Below, in pieces: positions 29,853-39,409 of a stretch of 64,000 nt of DNA. The first letter of the stretch is position 1. Every line of letters starts with the position of its first letter. This DNA is from an uncultured Bdellovibrionales bacterium (GTDB lineage Bacteria; Bdellovibrionota; Bdellovibrionia; Bdellovibrionales; UBA1609). A program made the position numbers and the translations under genes. The stretch spans positions 31,639 to 95,638 of the forward strand of contig CAILEP010000013.1 of assembly GCA_903833275.1 (NCBI GenBank), written 5' to 3'. The notes below the pieces were generated by a model that searched no databases, was not told where the DNA came from, and was given only the letters and a program-made list of their open reading frames with translations.

Positions 29853-30179
29853 ATGGCCGGATTGACGAACCCAATTACTGATCAAACCTTTGAGCAAGAA
29901 GTTCTTAAATCTTCAACACCTGTGTTGGTTGATTTTTGGGCCGAATGGTGTGGCCCGTGCCGAAGTCTAGCTCCGAAGCTCGAAGAGATTGCGACCGAGA
30001 TGGCAAAGCAGGTGCGTGTCGTTAAAATCAATATCGATGAGAACCCGAATACTCCAGCTAAGTTTGGAATTCGAAGCATTCCGACAATTATCCTTTTCAA
30101 AAATGGCAAAGATGTTGAGCAGCTGCTCGGCAACCTACCCAAAGATAATATCGTCGAAATGATCAAGCGCCACATCTAG
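29853..30179 (+). CDS. trxA: Thioredoxin
   Basis: 108 aa with the WAEWCGPCR active site. Confidence 0.92.
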   Translation: MAGLTNPITDQTFEQEVLKSSTPVLVDFWAEWCGPCRSLAPKLEEIATEMAKQVRVVKINIDENPNTPAKFGIRSIPTIILFKNGKDVEQLLGNLPKDNIVEMIKRHI

Positions 30180-30180
30180 T

Positions 30181-30209
30181 GGAAAAAAGGTACGGCGTAC
30201 CTTTTTTCC
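30181..30209. terminator. Bidirectional rho-independent terminator between convergent trxA and rodA
   Basis: Perfect 13-bp stem GGAAAAAAGGTAC / GTACCTTTTTTCC with a 3-nt loop. Each arm carries an A/T run, so it can terminate both strands. Confidence 0.7.
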
Positions 30210-30211
30210 TT

Positions 30212-31333
30212 CTAGAACAGAAACTTTCGATATGAAACAGACGAAATAATGCCAAGGCTTGCCATGGTGGTGATCATTATCGAGCCACCATAGGACAAAA
30301 GGGGCAGTGGCACGCCCACAATTGGCAATAGGCCAATGACCATCGAGATGTTCACGAAGACGTGCGAAAATAAAATAGCGGCGGCGCCCATGGCCACTAA
30401 AATTCCGAATCGATCACGGGCTTGCGAAGCGATTCGCGCACTCATAAAAAGTAAAATCATGAGAAGGCTTACAACGGTCATGCTGCCGATAAAGCCGTGT
30501 TCTTCGCTCAAGACCGAAAAAATAAAATCGGTGTGGCGCTCGGGCAAAAACTCGAGTTGCGATTGTGTCCCTTTGCGAAAACCTTTGCCGATAATTTTGC
30601 CGCTGCCGACAGCGATTCGCGATTGGATGCTATTGTAACCCGCGCCGCGGGGGTCTTTGCCGGGGGCAATAAACATCAGGACGCGATTTTTTTGATAGGG
30701 TTTAAGGCCGAAGCTCCAAACAAGTGGGGCGGCGACAAGGCTTGTGACCATAAAAAACATCAAAATTGAGGTCTTTACTTTCACGAACAAGATCATGGTA
30801 ATAAAAATCGTGATGAGCAGAAGACCCGTGCCAAGATCGGGTTGCTTTACAATAAGCGCCGTCGGGATGAGCGTCATGATCGACGGGATAATCAGGTCAA
30901 TAAAGCCTAGGCCATCAGGCCGGTTTGCTTTTGAAAGAAGTTTTGCCAGCGCGAAAACCAAAAATATCTTCATCGTTTCGGAAGGCTGATAGTGAAAAAA
31001 ACCAAGATCAAGCCAGCGCTTAGCGCCGAGCGAAGAGTGCCCCGCGATTAAGACAACAGCGAGCGCTGCCACGTTAATTGCGTAAAGCGCGTAGGCGACT
31101 CGGCCAAAAATTTTATAATCAACCAAGGTCATCCCGAGAAAAATACACCAGCCCATTACCAGCCAAACTAGCTGCTGCCAGAACAAATTTGTTTGATTTG
31201 TGAGGTTCACCCCATGTGTCGCGCTGTAAAGGTTGATCAGACCAATCACATTCAGTGCGAGAATGACAAAAATTAAATTCGCGTCGAGGCGTCTAAAGAA
31301 GGTGCGCTCTTCAACCTGCATGTCGAAATTCAT
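30212..31333 (-). CDS. rodA: Rod shape-determining protein RodA (SEDS family)
   Basis: FtsW/RodA/SpoVE family pattern: 10 TM helices, QPSETMKI, and the C-terminal GLLPIVGVPLPLLSYGGS motif. Coupled to mrdA. Confidence 0.9.
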   Translation of the reverse strand: MNFDMQVEERTFFRRLDANLIFVILALNVIGLINLYSATHGVNLTNQTNLFWQQLVWLVMGWCIFLGMTLVDYKIFGRVAYALYAINVAALAVVLIAGHSSLGAKRWLDLGFFHYQPSETMKIFLVFALAKLLSKANRPDGLGFIDLIIPSIMTLIPTALIVKQPDLGTGLLLITIFITMILFVKVKTSILMFFMVTSLVAAPLVWSFGLKPYQKNRVLMFIAPGKDPRGAGYNSIQSRIAVGSGKIIGKGFRKGTQSQLEFLPERHTDFIFSVLSEEHGFIGSMTVVSLLMILLFMSARIASQARDRFGILVAMGAAAILFSHVFVNISMVIGLLPIVGVPLPLLSYGGSIMITTMASLGIISSVSYRKFLF

Positions 31334-33315
31334 TCGTCAGACTCCTCTTCAACCACCACAGGCTTCGATTCGATTTTGGGGGCGTTTTTAGCTTTAATAA
31401 GCTCGGGATGATACTTTTCTATGTAGGCGCGAATCACATCGCGCACGACGGGTGCGGCGCCAACGTTGCCATGGCAGGAGTGTTCGGCCAAAACACCGAC
31501 AATAATCTCCGGGTTTTCTGAAGGGGCAAAGGCGATAAACGAACCGTGATGGCGCTGCATGAGAGGACGAGTTTCACAGCGAGTGAAAATGTCGTCGGCA
31601 CTAAAGGCCATCACTTGGCTGGTGCCAGTTTTGCCGGCCATTTCGACGCCCGGTATCTTCCACCAGCGGGCGGTGCCGTGATCGCCATTAGCAACAAGAC
31701 GCATCGCCTCGCGCACGACGTCGATGTTCTTTGGGTCAACCCGCACGCCCTCAGGCGAAGGCTCGGTGATGTCGCGAACAATCGAGGGTTGAAACTCTTG
31801 TAAAACCTTTTGGTTTTCGTCGACAATTTTTTTAATCAAGATTGGTCGGTAAAGTTTGCCTTTTGTACCGATGGTATTATAGGCAAGTGTCATCTGAAGC
31901 AAATTGACCAACACAAAACCTTGGCCGATGGCATTTGATAGATTTTCACCCGGTTGCCACGCTTCGCCTTTTTGTTTTAACTTCCACTCTTCAGTCGGAA
32001 AGACGCCAGAAGCTTCATTGCTGAGATCGATGCCGGTGCGAGCGCCCAGGCCCATCATTTTCGCATACTTCGCTATGTTGTCGATGCCGAGGGCAATGCC
32101 CATTTTGTAAAAGAAGATGTTACTCGACTGTTCGATGGCCTGATAAATATTAATTCGTCCGTGACCTTGTTTGAGTGAATCATGATAAAGTCGATTGCCG
32201 AATCGCATCTGCCCTGGGGCATCGATGATCGTATTCGGAGTCAAAACGTTTTCTTGTAAAGCCGCCAGTGCCACCACAGGTTTAATTGTCGAGCCCGGTG
32301 AGTAGTGATCTTGAATAATTTTATTTCGCAGCGGTTTGAATTGATCGTTGATCAACTGATTCCACATCTCATTGCTTAGGCCGCGCGCAAATCGATTCGG
32401 ATTAAAAGAAGGGGTGTTCACCCAAGCCAATATTTCACCATTGGTTTTGAGTGCCACCAGACCGCCAATGCGCGGCCCGACTCGATCTGTTTGTTCGAGC
32501 ATGGCTTTGAGAGCCGCCTCTTGAATATCTTTGTCGATAGTCAGGATTATATTATGACCCGGTGTTGCTGGCTGCGGCTTGATCTCAAGAAAGGCTTTAT
32601 TTTGCGTCGGTGACTGCCGGCCATGGGCGTCCACCTCAACATAGCTCAAGCCATTTTTACCACGCAGGTGAAGATCCCAAACCTCTTCGAGACCGCTTTG
32701 GCCAATAATGTCATCTTGTTGAAGAACCGCTTTGCCAAGGTATTTGGTATTATAAGTCTCAAGTTGTTTTTTCGAAACCACGCCCACGTATCCAAAAAGC
32801 TGAGCCCCATTCTGGTCGAGAGGGTAAAAGCGTAATACCATCTCGTCAACGTTCAGCCCCGGGTGCTCAATGCGAATGCGCTTGAGGCGAAAAACCTCTT
32901 CGAGAGAAAGATTTTCTTTAATAACGACCGGGGCGGAGGGCCCGTTTTTTCTTCGGCTGACTTTTACCGCTTCAACAATTTTCGCAGGCTCGATGCTTAG
33001 AATTTTACCAACATCATCGGCGGTGTCTTCAAGATCGGTGGCATATTGCGGAGAAATCGTCGCGTCAAAACCGGTGATATTGTCGACGAGAATGCGGCCT
33101 TCTCGGTCAAGAATTAAGCCTCGCGGTGCACGAATTTTATTTTCTTTAACACGATTTTTCTCTGAGTACTCGCGTAACTCGTCGCCCGATATAATCTGCA
33201 GAAACCAAAGTCGCATGAACATCGCGAGAAGCGTGACCCCGAGTACAAGGTAGACCAGCCGAAAGCGGCTGACCAAATCACGGCCATCATCTTCTGAATT
33301 TTCAAATTCACTCAC
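31330..33315 (-). CDS. mrdA: Penicillin-binding protein 2 (elongasome transpeptidase)
   Basis: N-terminal anchor, then the transpeptidase motifs SPGSTIKP (SxxK), SSN and KTGTSQ (KTG). Synteny: mreC-mreD-mrdA-rodA. Confidence 0.9.
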   Translation of the reverse strand: MSEFENSEDDGRDLVSRFRLVYLVLGVTLLAMFMRLWFLQIISGDELREYSEKNRVKENKIRAPRGLILDREGRILVDNITGFDATISPQYATDLEDTADDVGKILSIEPAKIVEAVKVSRRKNGPSAPVVIKENLSLEEVFRLKRIRIEHPGLNVDEMVLRFYPLDQNGAQLFGYVGVVSKKQLETYNTKYLGKAVLQQDDIIGQSGLEEVWDLHLRGKNGLSYVEVDAHGRQSPTQNKAFLEIKPQPATPGHNIILTIDKDIQEAALKAMLEQTDRVGPRIGGLVALKTNGEILAWVNTPSFNPNRFARGLSNEMWNQLINDQFKPLRNKIIQDHYSPGSTIKPVVALAALQENVLTPNTIIDAPGQMRFGNRLYHDSLKQGHGRINIYQAIEQSSNIFFYKMGIALGIDNIAKYAKMMGLGARTGIDLSNEASGVFPTEEWKLKQKGEAWQPGENLSNAIGQGFVLVNLLQMTLAYNTIGTKGKLYRPILIKKIVDENQKVLQEFQPSIVRDITEPSPEGVRVDPKNIDVVREAMRLVANGDHGTARWWKIPGVEMAGKTGTSQVMAFSADDIFTRCETRPLMQRHHGSFIAFAPSENPEIIVGVLAEHSCHGNVGAAPVVRDVIRAYIEKYHPELIKAKNAPKIESKPVVVEEESDE

Positions 33316-33851
33316 ACGACCTCCGACTCAGTGTGTTTTGGAGGTTCTTTGTTTGTAAGTCGATCGATGGCTGAGAATAAATAAAACAGCGGCAACGAAA
33401 ACGCCGCGGTTAGAATAGGTCGCATCAGCCAGTCGTAAAAGTGAAAATCGACCACGGCGGTTTCTTCGATAATATGAGAGAGGATAAAAGTGGCGAGCGG
33501 AAGAATGAGAGCCGAGATCCCGCACGCTAGCATAAACGAGTTGGGGCCGGCCCACAAAACTCGATCACGAAGCATATACAAAACACCGAGCACGGCCAGG
33601 TTCATACCGAAAGCCATGTCGAGAGGGGCGCCGCTCATGGTGACAACCGCAAAAGAGACAAGGTAGCTCATAATCACCGCCTCGGTGATTGAGCGATAGA
33701 GCGCCCAGTAACTTAAAACAGCGAGCCACATATAAGGCGCCGGAAAGAATCCGAAAACGTGATACCACAGCGACGCCTGAAACCCGGCGAGCACGCAGGT
33801 CGCGATCGCGAATACTAAATAGTTGAGTATTTTGAAACTCAGCTCACGCAT
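33312..33851 (-). CDS. mreD: Rod shape-determining protein MreD
   Basis: 179-aa polytopic membrane protein in the conserved slot between mreC and mrdA. The call is mainly from synteny and topology. Confidence 0.7.
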   Translation of the reverse strand: MRELSFKILNYLVFAIATCVLAGFQASLWYHVFGFFPAPYMWLAVLSYWALYRSITEAVIMSYLVSFAVVTMSGAPLDMAFGMNLAVLGVLYMLRDRVLWAGPNSFMLACGISALILPLATFILSHIIEETAVVDFHFYDWLMRPILTAAFSLPLFYLFSAIDRLTNKEPPKHTESEVV

Positions 33852-34690
33852 CAGTTAACTCGTTCAAGATCTTGATTGTTGGCATTGAGAATAACAAACA
33901 CCTCTTCAAGATTGGCGGCGCTGACGATGGGTTGAAGTGTGACTTCTTGGCCGAGGCCATATTCGTCTTTCTTCACATTGGTCACTTCGCCAATCGGAAA
34001 GCCCTTCGGGAAATAATTATCGATACCGCTTGTGACTACGGTATCACCGTCTTGAACATCGTCGCTTCGTTTAAGAAAAGTCAGCGCGCAAGAGTCTTTG
34101 CTTTGCCCCTGGATAATGCCGCGAGCACGCGATCTTTGCACGATCCCGTCGACCACGGCGTAGCGGTCGGTGATCAGAAGAATTTTTGAGATTTTGGCCT
34201 CGACTTCAATAGCATAGCCGACGACCCCTGAAATGGTAATAACGCCCATGCCCTTTTTTACGCCGTGGTCTTCGCCGCGGTCGATTGTCACAGTGTCGTA
34301 TTCTGTCAGCAAATCGCGGCCGATAATTCGCGCGCCAAGCAAATTCATGTTCGCTTTTTGTTTAAACTCGAGCAGGCGACTCAGGCGTTCATTTTCAAGT
34401 TTAAGCTCGGTGAGGGCCCCGAGTTGCGCTTTAAGTTCGGCCAATTCTTTTTCAAGTTTCTGATTTTTCTTATTAGTGTCGACGAGATTGAGATAATCTT
34501 TGGTTGTACTACGGACCCCCGAGCTGAGCCCGGCATAAGAGTTCTGGGTTGTGGCCGTTAAGTAGTAGAAGGGCTCAAGAATCCAGGGGCGATTTGGGTT
34601 CTGCTGCTGCATGTTGACAGAGAAAAGCGGGATCGCCACGAGAAGCGCGATAGTAAAGATCTTTTTCAGATCAAAATTAAAAAAATTCAA
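33851..34690 (-). CDS. mreC: Rod shape-determining protein MreC
   Basis: N-terminal TM helix, a coiled coil (LEKELAELKAQLGALTELKLENERLSRLLEF), then the beta-rich MreC core with GMGVITISGVVG and FPKGFPIG. Confidence 0.85.
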   Translation of the reverse strand: MNFFNFDLKKIFTIALLVAIPLFSVNMQQQNPNRPWILEPFYYLTATTQNSYAGLSSGVRSTTKDYLNLVDTNKKNQKLEKELAELKAQLGALTELKLENERLSRLLEFKQKANMNLLGARIIGRDLLTEYDTVTIDRGEDHGVKKGMGVITISGVVGYAIEVEAKISKILLITDRYAVVDGIVQRSRARGIIQGQSKDSCALTFLKRSDDVQDGDTVVTSGIDNYFPKGFPIGEVTNVKKDEYGLGQEVTLQPIVSAANLEEVFVILNANNQDLERVN

Positions 34691-34817
34691 GGGATGGTCT
34701 CCTACCCAAATACCCTAGCAAATAGCCGGGTTGTTTCAACTCGATTGTGCTTGATAAAATAGATAAAAAAAGCCAATCTAACGGCTTCGAAAAGTAATTT
34801 AATGAGGAGCATGCCAT

Positions 34818-36302
34818 ATGAGTTCACTGCTGGAACAACTTCGCCACCCAAGTCGCGTTCGTAATATCAAGGCGGTAGTTATTTTCGGGCTCTTTGGATT
34901 GATCTGTCTTATGTTTGTTTTTACCGGTTTGACCCCAGATCGCGGCGGCGTTACCGGCAACTCAACAGCCGCTACTGTCAACCAAACGGTCATTTCAGCC
35001 CAAGACCTTCAAGAGCGCGTGAGTCAGTATGAAGCCCAAGCCGGGCCTGACAAAGGCATGCCTGCCGCTCAGCGCCAAATGCGCACCCAGCGCATCAGAG
35101 AAAACGCGTTGCAGGAGCTTGTGAGCTACGAAGTGGTCTTTCAGTCGGCGCAGAACGCAGGTATTTTACCCACCGCCGCCGCCACCCGCAGTTTGATCGT
35201 AAATATACCGGCATTTCAAGAAGACGGGCGTTTCGCCAGAGAAATGTATCAGCGCTATCTTCAGTATCGAAATATTTCAGCCGGCGAATTTGAATCAAAG
35301 GTGAAACGTGACGTCGTAATTAGTCAGGTTCGCGACATTTTCTTTTCAGCCTGGGCCCAGCCAACCCTAATAGATGATTTGCAGAATCAGGCCCGTGACA
35401 CCAAATTGAACCTCGAGGTCATCAAAATCGACCCGAAGACACTGGCCTCGTCGTCTGTGTCGGCTGAAGACGTCGGCCAATATTTGGCCAAAGCCGAAAA
35501 TAAAGAGAAGGCGAAGTCTTATTTCAGCTCGCATAAAGAGGAGTTTTCGACTCCGGATCAGATTCGAGCGCGTCATATTCTTCTCAAGGGCGACACCGAT
35601 GCGGTTTTGAAAAAGGCCCAAGAAATTAAAAAAGGCCTCACCAAGGCCAATTTTGCCGAACAGGCCAAGAAATTCTCTGAAGATCAGGGGTCGAAAGACA
35701 AGGGCGGCGATCTTAACTATTTCAGTCGCGGGCAGATGGTGCCCGAATTTGAAGCGGTGGCATTTGGTCTAAAAGTTGGCCAGATTTCAGAGCCGGTAAA
35801 ATCGCCGTTTGGCTATCACATCATTTTGCTCGACGATAAGCGTGCGGCCGAAGTTAAAACTTTCGAAGTTGCTGAAAAAGAAATTGCTCGTAATTTGGCG
35901 GCCGAAGAAAAGCGCGAAAAGGTGAATGAAGAATTCGCAACCGGGCTTAAAGGCAAAGGCGATATCGGTGGCTTGTTAGCGCGTTATAATTTGAAATGGC
36001 AAGATTTAGGGGCTGTTTCAGTTACTCAAAATTTTATCGATAAAGTTGAATCCGGCGACCAGATTATTGAGGCCGCGTTGAATTTGAAACCTGGTCAAGT
36101 TTACCCAGATCTTGTTCGGGCCGGGCCACAAAGTTATGTGGTGCGACTGAAATCAGTGGTGGTTGCCGCTGAAAAATCGGATAGCAAAAAATCAGCATCT
36201 TCACTCGCGCGATTTGGCGGGGGCGGCGAAGCTTTGGGTCTTTGGGCCGAAGAACTTCGTAAAGAATCTCGAATTCGTTTGAACGATTCGATGATGAAAT
36301 AG
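34818..36302 (+). CDS. PpiD/SurA-like parvulin-type peptidyl-prolyl isomerase chaperone
   Basis: N-terminal membrane anchor (AVVIFGLFGLICLMFVF). Parvulin domain: IRARHILLKGD...FSEDQGSKDKGGDLNYFSRGQMVPEFEAVAF...SPFGYHIILL. Confidence 0.8.
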   Translation: MSSLLEQLRHPSRVRNIKAVVIFGLFGLICLMFVFTGLTPDRGGVTGNSTAATVNQTVISAQDLQERVSQYEAQAGPDKGMPAAQRQMRTQRIRENALQELVSYEVVFQSAQNAGILPTAAATRSLIVNIPAFQEDGRFAREMYQRYLQYRNISAGEFESKVKRDVVISQVRDIFFSAWAQPTLIDDLQNQARDTKLNLEVIKIDPKTLASSSVSAEDVGQYLAKAENKEKAKSYFSSHKEEFSTPDQIRARHILLKGDTDAVLKKAQEIKKGLTKANFAEQAKKFSEDQGSKDKGGDLNYFSRGQMVPEFEAVAFGLKVGQISEPVKSPFGYHIILLDDKRAAEVKTFEVAEKEIARNLAAEEKREKVNEEFATGLKGKGDIGGLLARYNLKWQDLGAVSVTQNFIDKVESGDQIIEAALNLKPGQVYPDLVRAGPQSYVVRLKSVVVAAEKSDSKKSASSLARFGGGGEALGLWAEELRKESRIRLNDSMMK

Positions 36303-36335
36303 TCGACAATTAAGTAAAGCTTAAACTCCAAATTG

Positions 36336-36373
36336 TCTCAACTTGAGCTGTCTCACGTTGAGATTTTTTATTT
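36336..36373 (+). terminator. Rho-independent terminator after the ppiD-like gene
   Basis: TCTCAAC ... GTTGAGA stem (alternative inner stem TCTCA/TGAGA), followed directly by TTTTTTATTT. Confidence 0.55.
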
Positions 36374-36464
36374 AAATTTTCTCCGCTGTTTTAAGCGGCA
36401 TTGTAGTGCGGCTGACGATTTAAGCCCCTAACTTATCTCGACTTTCGTCCGATAAGCTAACCAT

Positions 36465-38423
36465 ATGGTTCGCATTTTCTTGAAGCTCACAATTTATCTT
36501 TTGATGTTTCTGTCATTCGCATCCTATGCGCATGGGCAGAACACCAATAGCCAAAACGCCGCGGGCCAAATGCAACCGTCATTGAATGGGCATCATTACA
36601 TCGAAGGCGAACTCATCATAAAATTAAAGGGGGCGTCTGGCCCTACGGTGCTTGGCCGAGCCGCCAAGTCGATTCATGCCGGCGCGTTTCTATCGCGAGC
36701 CTCTGGCCAACACAACATGTCGCTGAGAAGCTCATACCCTGAAATGGGCGTCTATCATTTTAAGTTGAAGGCCGGTCAAAGGGTGTCTGAAGCCCTTACC
36801 AATTTAAAAAACGATCCAGATATCGAGTATGCTGAGCCCAATTTTACTTTTTCTAAATCGAGCGTGGTTTCGGCAACGCAGTACTATACCGCATCCCAAG
36901 TGGTGTCGATGTCGTCGGCTGCCTCAGGTGGGTACCTCGCCACCGGCGCCGCCATTGAAGTGACTAGCTCGTGGGGCCAGGTGTCGCGAAATACGACTCC
37001 GATAGTGGCCATTATCGACACCGGGCTTGATACGGCTCACCCAGTTTTTGTGGGCACGGGCGCGGTTTGGACTAACCCCGGTGAAATCCCGAACAATCAA
37101 ATCGACGATGACCGCAATGGATATATAGACGACGTTCACGGTTTTAACTTTGTATCGAATACCGGTGAAATGATCGACGATGATGGTCACGGAACGCACT
37201 GTGCGGGTATTGTCCTTGGCGTCGGTCAGAATATATATGGAGCCGCCTATTCTCCATCGCTTATTAAAATCATGCCCCTCAAATTTTTGGATGGCTCAGG
37301 CTACGGCCAAACATCGGATGCCATTCGCGCGATTTATTATGCAGTAAATAATGGCGCTTCAGTTATTAGCAATTCTTGGGGCGGCCCTGATTATTCGGCG
37401 GCGCTACAAGAGGCCATCGCCTACGCCTACGATGCAGGTGTTATATTTGTTGCGGCGGCTGGTAACAACAGCGCAAACAATGACGTATCAACGATGTATC
37501 CGGCAAACTATACCGTCCCCAATGTGGTGTCTGTTGCCGCCACAACTGATGACGATTCACTGGCTTACTTTTCAGATTTTGGAGCCACTTCAGTCCCGCT
37601 CGCAGCACCCGGGATGATGATTATCAGCACGATGCCGGGCGGTGGCTTTCAAACAATGTCGGGCACGAGTATGGCGACCCCGTTTGTCGCTGGTTTAGCG
37701 GCCCTTATGAAGGCGCAGCAACCAGGGTTGCTCTCTTATCAGGCGAAACAATTGATCATGGGCAATATCGATGTGCCCCAAAATTCTCATGGTGCAAGGT
37801 TGCTTGCCGGCAAAACCAGTACGCAGGGGCGACTCAACGTTTACAATACGATTGAGGCTACAAAAAACGCCACGATTCAAACAGATCAGCCGGCCTATAC
37901 TTTTACCAATATCGATCGGCAGCTCGCGTCTTCAATCGCGGCGTCTGGTTGCGGCCTCGTTAAGAAAATGATCAATGAAGGGCCCAACGACACTTTCGGT
38001 GGTGGTCAAGGTGCGCCCGAATCATGGTCTGTTCTGGTTGTGCTTGGGCTCTTCGCCTTGCCAATTTTGATTTACAATTCTCTTCGCCGTAAAGAACAAG
38101 TTCAGCGCCGTCAACATGATCGCTTTAAAATCGACACCCAAGTCAAAGTTCAAGTTGGCGGCCGCGACCTTGTTGGCTCAATCAGCAGCATCTCGTTGGG
38201 TGGAGTGCAGCTCAATACCGATGCCCTCATCGAACAGGGCGGTATCGTCAGCATGGCAATCCGTAGCCCCGATGGTGCCGAGCAAATCAAGATCGAAGGT
38301 CGTATTGTTTGGAGTGAAGATCAAAAATCTTACGGTGTGCAATTCGCCGAAACGACGGCGACAATTCGCGAGCAAATTAGTTCATGGACAACCGGACTAC
38401 AGAAAGTACCCGTTAAAAAATGA
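36465..38423 (+). CDS. S8 subtilisin-like serine protease fused via one TM helix to a C-terminal PilZ domain
   Basis: Signal peptide MVRIFLKLTIYLLMFLSFASYAHG. S8 triad contexts AIIDTGLD, HGTHCAG and GTSMATP. TM helix WSVLVVLGLFALPILIYNSL at 38025-38084. The 112-aa tail carries PilZ motifs RQHDR (RxxxR) and SISLGG (D/N-x-S-x-x-G with Ser in the first position). Confidence 0.8.
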   Translation: MVRIFLKLTIYLLMFLSFASYAHGQNTNSQNAAGQMQPSLNGHHYIEGELIIKLKGASGPTVLGRAAKSIHAGAFLSRASGQHNMSLRSSYPEMGVYHFKLKAGQRVSEALTNLKNDPDIEYAEPNFTFSKSSVVSATQYYTASQVVSMSSAASGGYLATGAAIEVTSSWGQVSRNTTPIVAIIDTGLDTAHPVFVGTGAVWTNPGEIPNNQIDDDRNGYIDDVHGFNFVSNTGEMIDDDGHGTHCAGIVLGVGQNIYGAAYSPSLIKIMPLKFLDGSGYGQTSDAIRAIYYAVNNGASVISNSWGGPDYSAALQEAIAYAYDAGVIFVAAAGNNSANNDVSTMYPANYTVPNVVSVAATTDDDSLAYFSDFGATSVPLAAPGMMIISTMPGGGFQTMSGTSMATPFVAGLAALMKAQQPGLLSYQAKQLIMGNIDVPQNSHGARLLAGKTSTQGRLNVYNTIEATKNATIQTDQPAYTFTNIDRQLASSIAASGCGLVKKMINEGPNDTFGGGQGAPESWSVLVVLGLFALPILIYNSLRRKEQVQRRQHDRFKIDTQVKVQVGGRDLVGSISSISLGGVQLNTDALIEQGGIVSMAIRSPDGAEQIKIEGRIVWSEDQKSYGVQFAETTATIREQISSWTTGLQKVPVKK

Positions 38424-38934
38424 AGCGGAATTTCGCCATAAGATCGGTCTGCAGATAACCACGGTACACGTCTTTGCCGAACCAGCTAGCAAAAGACATC
38501 GACTCGGCACCGAACGAAATCGCCGGTGTAAAATCATATAAGAGGCCAATAGCCCAGCTTGGCCCAAGAAGGGTTTGGCTGCCACTGTTGTCAGTTGGTT
38601 TTACGAAAAGAATACCGAAGCCAGGTGAAACATAAAGATCCCACTGCTGGCGGCTAAAGTGCGGGCGAATAAAAGCACCAACAGTTGTGATGCCGCGAGC
38701 GCCAAGCGTTTGATCGTCTGGATCAATGCGAAAATAACCACCAAGGCCGAAAGTTCGGTTGAAGCCATTTTCAAAATCAAGACCGAGGGCGGCGCCGCCA
38801 TGTGTGAAACCAAAGTTCACAAGAAGTGCATTCTTGCCTTCGGCCAAGTCGGCATGAGCTGCGCTTGTCATAAGAGTCGTTAAAGAAATAAGAATCGACG
38901 TGATTACAGCGTAAATCAATCGCGAGCTCGTCAT
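38413..38934 (-). CDS. Small outer-membrane beta-barrel protein (OmpW/OmpA-barrel-like)
   Basis: Signal peptide ending AAHA. Alternating Gly/aromatic beta-strand pattern, and a C-terminal aromatic signature KFRFIF. Confidence 0.6.
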   Translation of the reverse strand: MTSSRLIYAVITSILISLTTLMTSAAHADLAEGKNALLVNFGFTHGGAALGLDFENGFNRTFGLGGYFRIDPDDQTLGARGITTVGAFIRPHFSRQQWDLYVSPGFGILFVKPTDNSGSQTLLGPSWAIGLLYDFTPAISFGAESMSFASWFGKDVYRGYLQTDLMAKFRFIF

Positions 38935-38950
38935 GTTGTGGTCCTCGAAT

Positions 38951-39388
38951 TTATGCTTTTGGAGCCCAAGAGTTACAGCTGCCTTTTGCGTCTACAAGAA
39001 CTTTAGGTAGAAGCGCGCAAGTGGCTTTAACAGGAGTGGCTTTTGTCATATTGAAAAGAGCGCAGTTATCGCAAGTCTGCTCGCCAGCTTTCCAAACTTT
39101 GCCAGCGGCCCCAGGTTTGTCAGCTTTTGTAGCTTTTTTTGCTTTAAGAGCGGCATCAAGATTGCTGACATAACCGATTCCGGCGGCAATTTTTACGCTT
39201 TCTTCGTTAGCGGCGTCTTTACGCTTCGCTTTTGTCATGTCGATAAGGCCGAGTTCTTCAGCGGCCCAGGTCACACTGCGAGCGAGAGCTTGTACGACAA
39301 CCCCTGCGCTTGTGTAAAAAATAATTTTTTTGAAAAATTCGCGGCGGGCACTGATAGTCTGGTTGTTAGTTTCAGTAGGTGTGTTCAT
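38951..39388 (-). CDS. High-potential iron-sulfur protein (HiPIP) with Tat signal
   Basis: Twin-arginine motif ARREFFKK. The C-terminal cysteine pattern is C-x2-C-x14-C-x13-C-x2-W (CDNC...C...CNSW), giving the classical HiPIP 3/15/14 spacing. Confidence 0.75.
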   Translation of the reverse strand: MNTPTETNNQTISARREFFKKIIFYTSAGVVVQALARSVTWAAEELGLIDMTKAKRKDAANEESVKIAAGIGYVSNLDAALKAKKATKADKPGAAGKVWKAGEQTCDNCALFNMTKATPVKATCALLPKVLVDAKGSCNSWAPKA

Positions 39389-39409
39389 GTTGTGCTCCCT
39401 AATAATTAA

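Noticed and set aside
29718-29897. N-terminal extension of the receiver/J-domain ORF overlapping the divergent trxA start
   Set aside because: The extension would overlap trxA by 45 bp head-to-head. The receiver domain begins right after the Met at 29717.
36390-36410. CGGCATTGTAGTGCGG upstream of the S8-PilZ gene, as a possible sigma-54 promoter
   Set aside because: The GG to GC spacing is one nucleotide short of the canonical distance.
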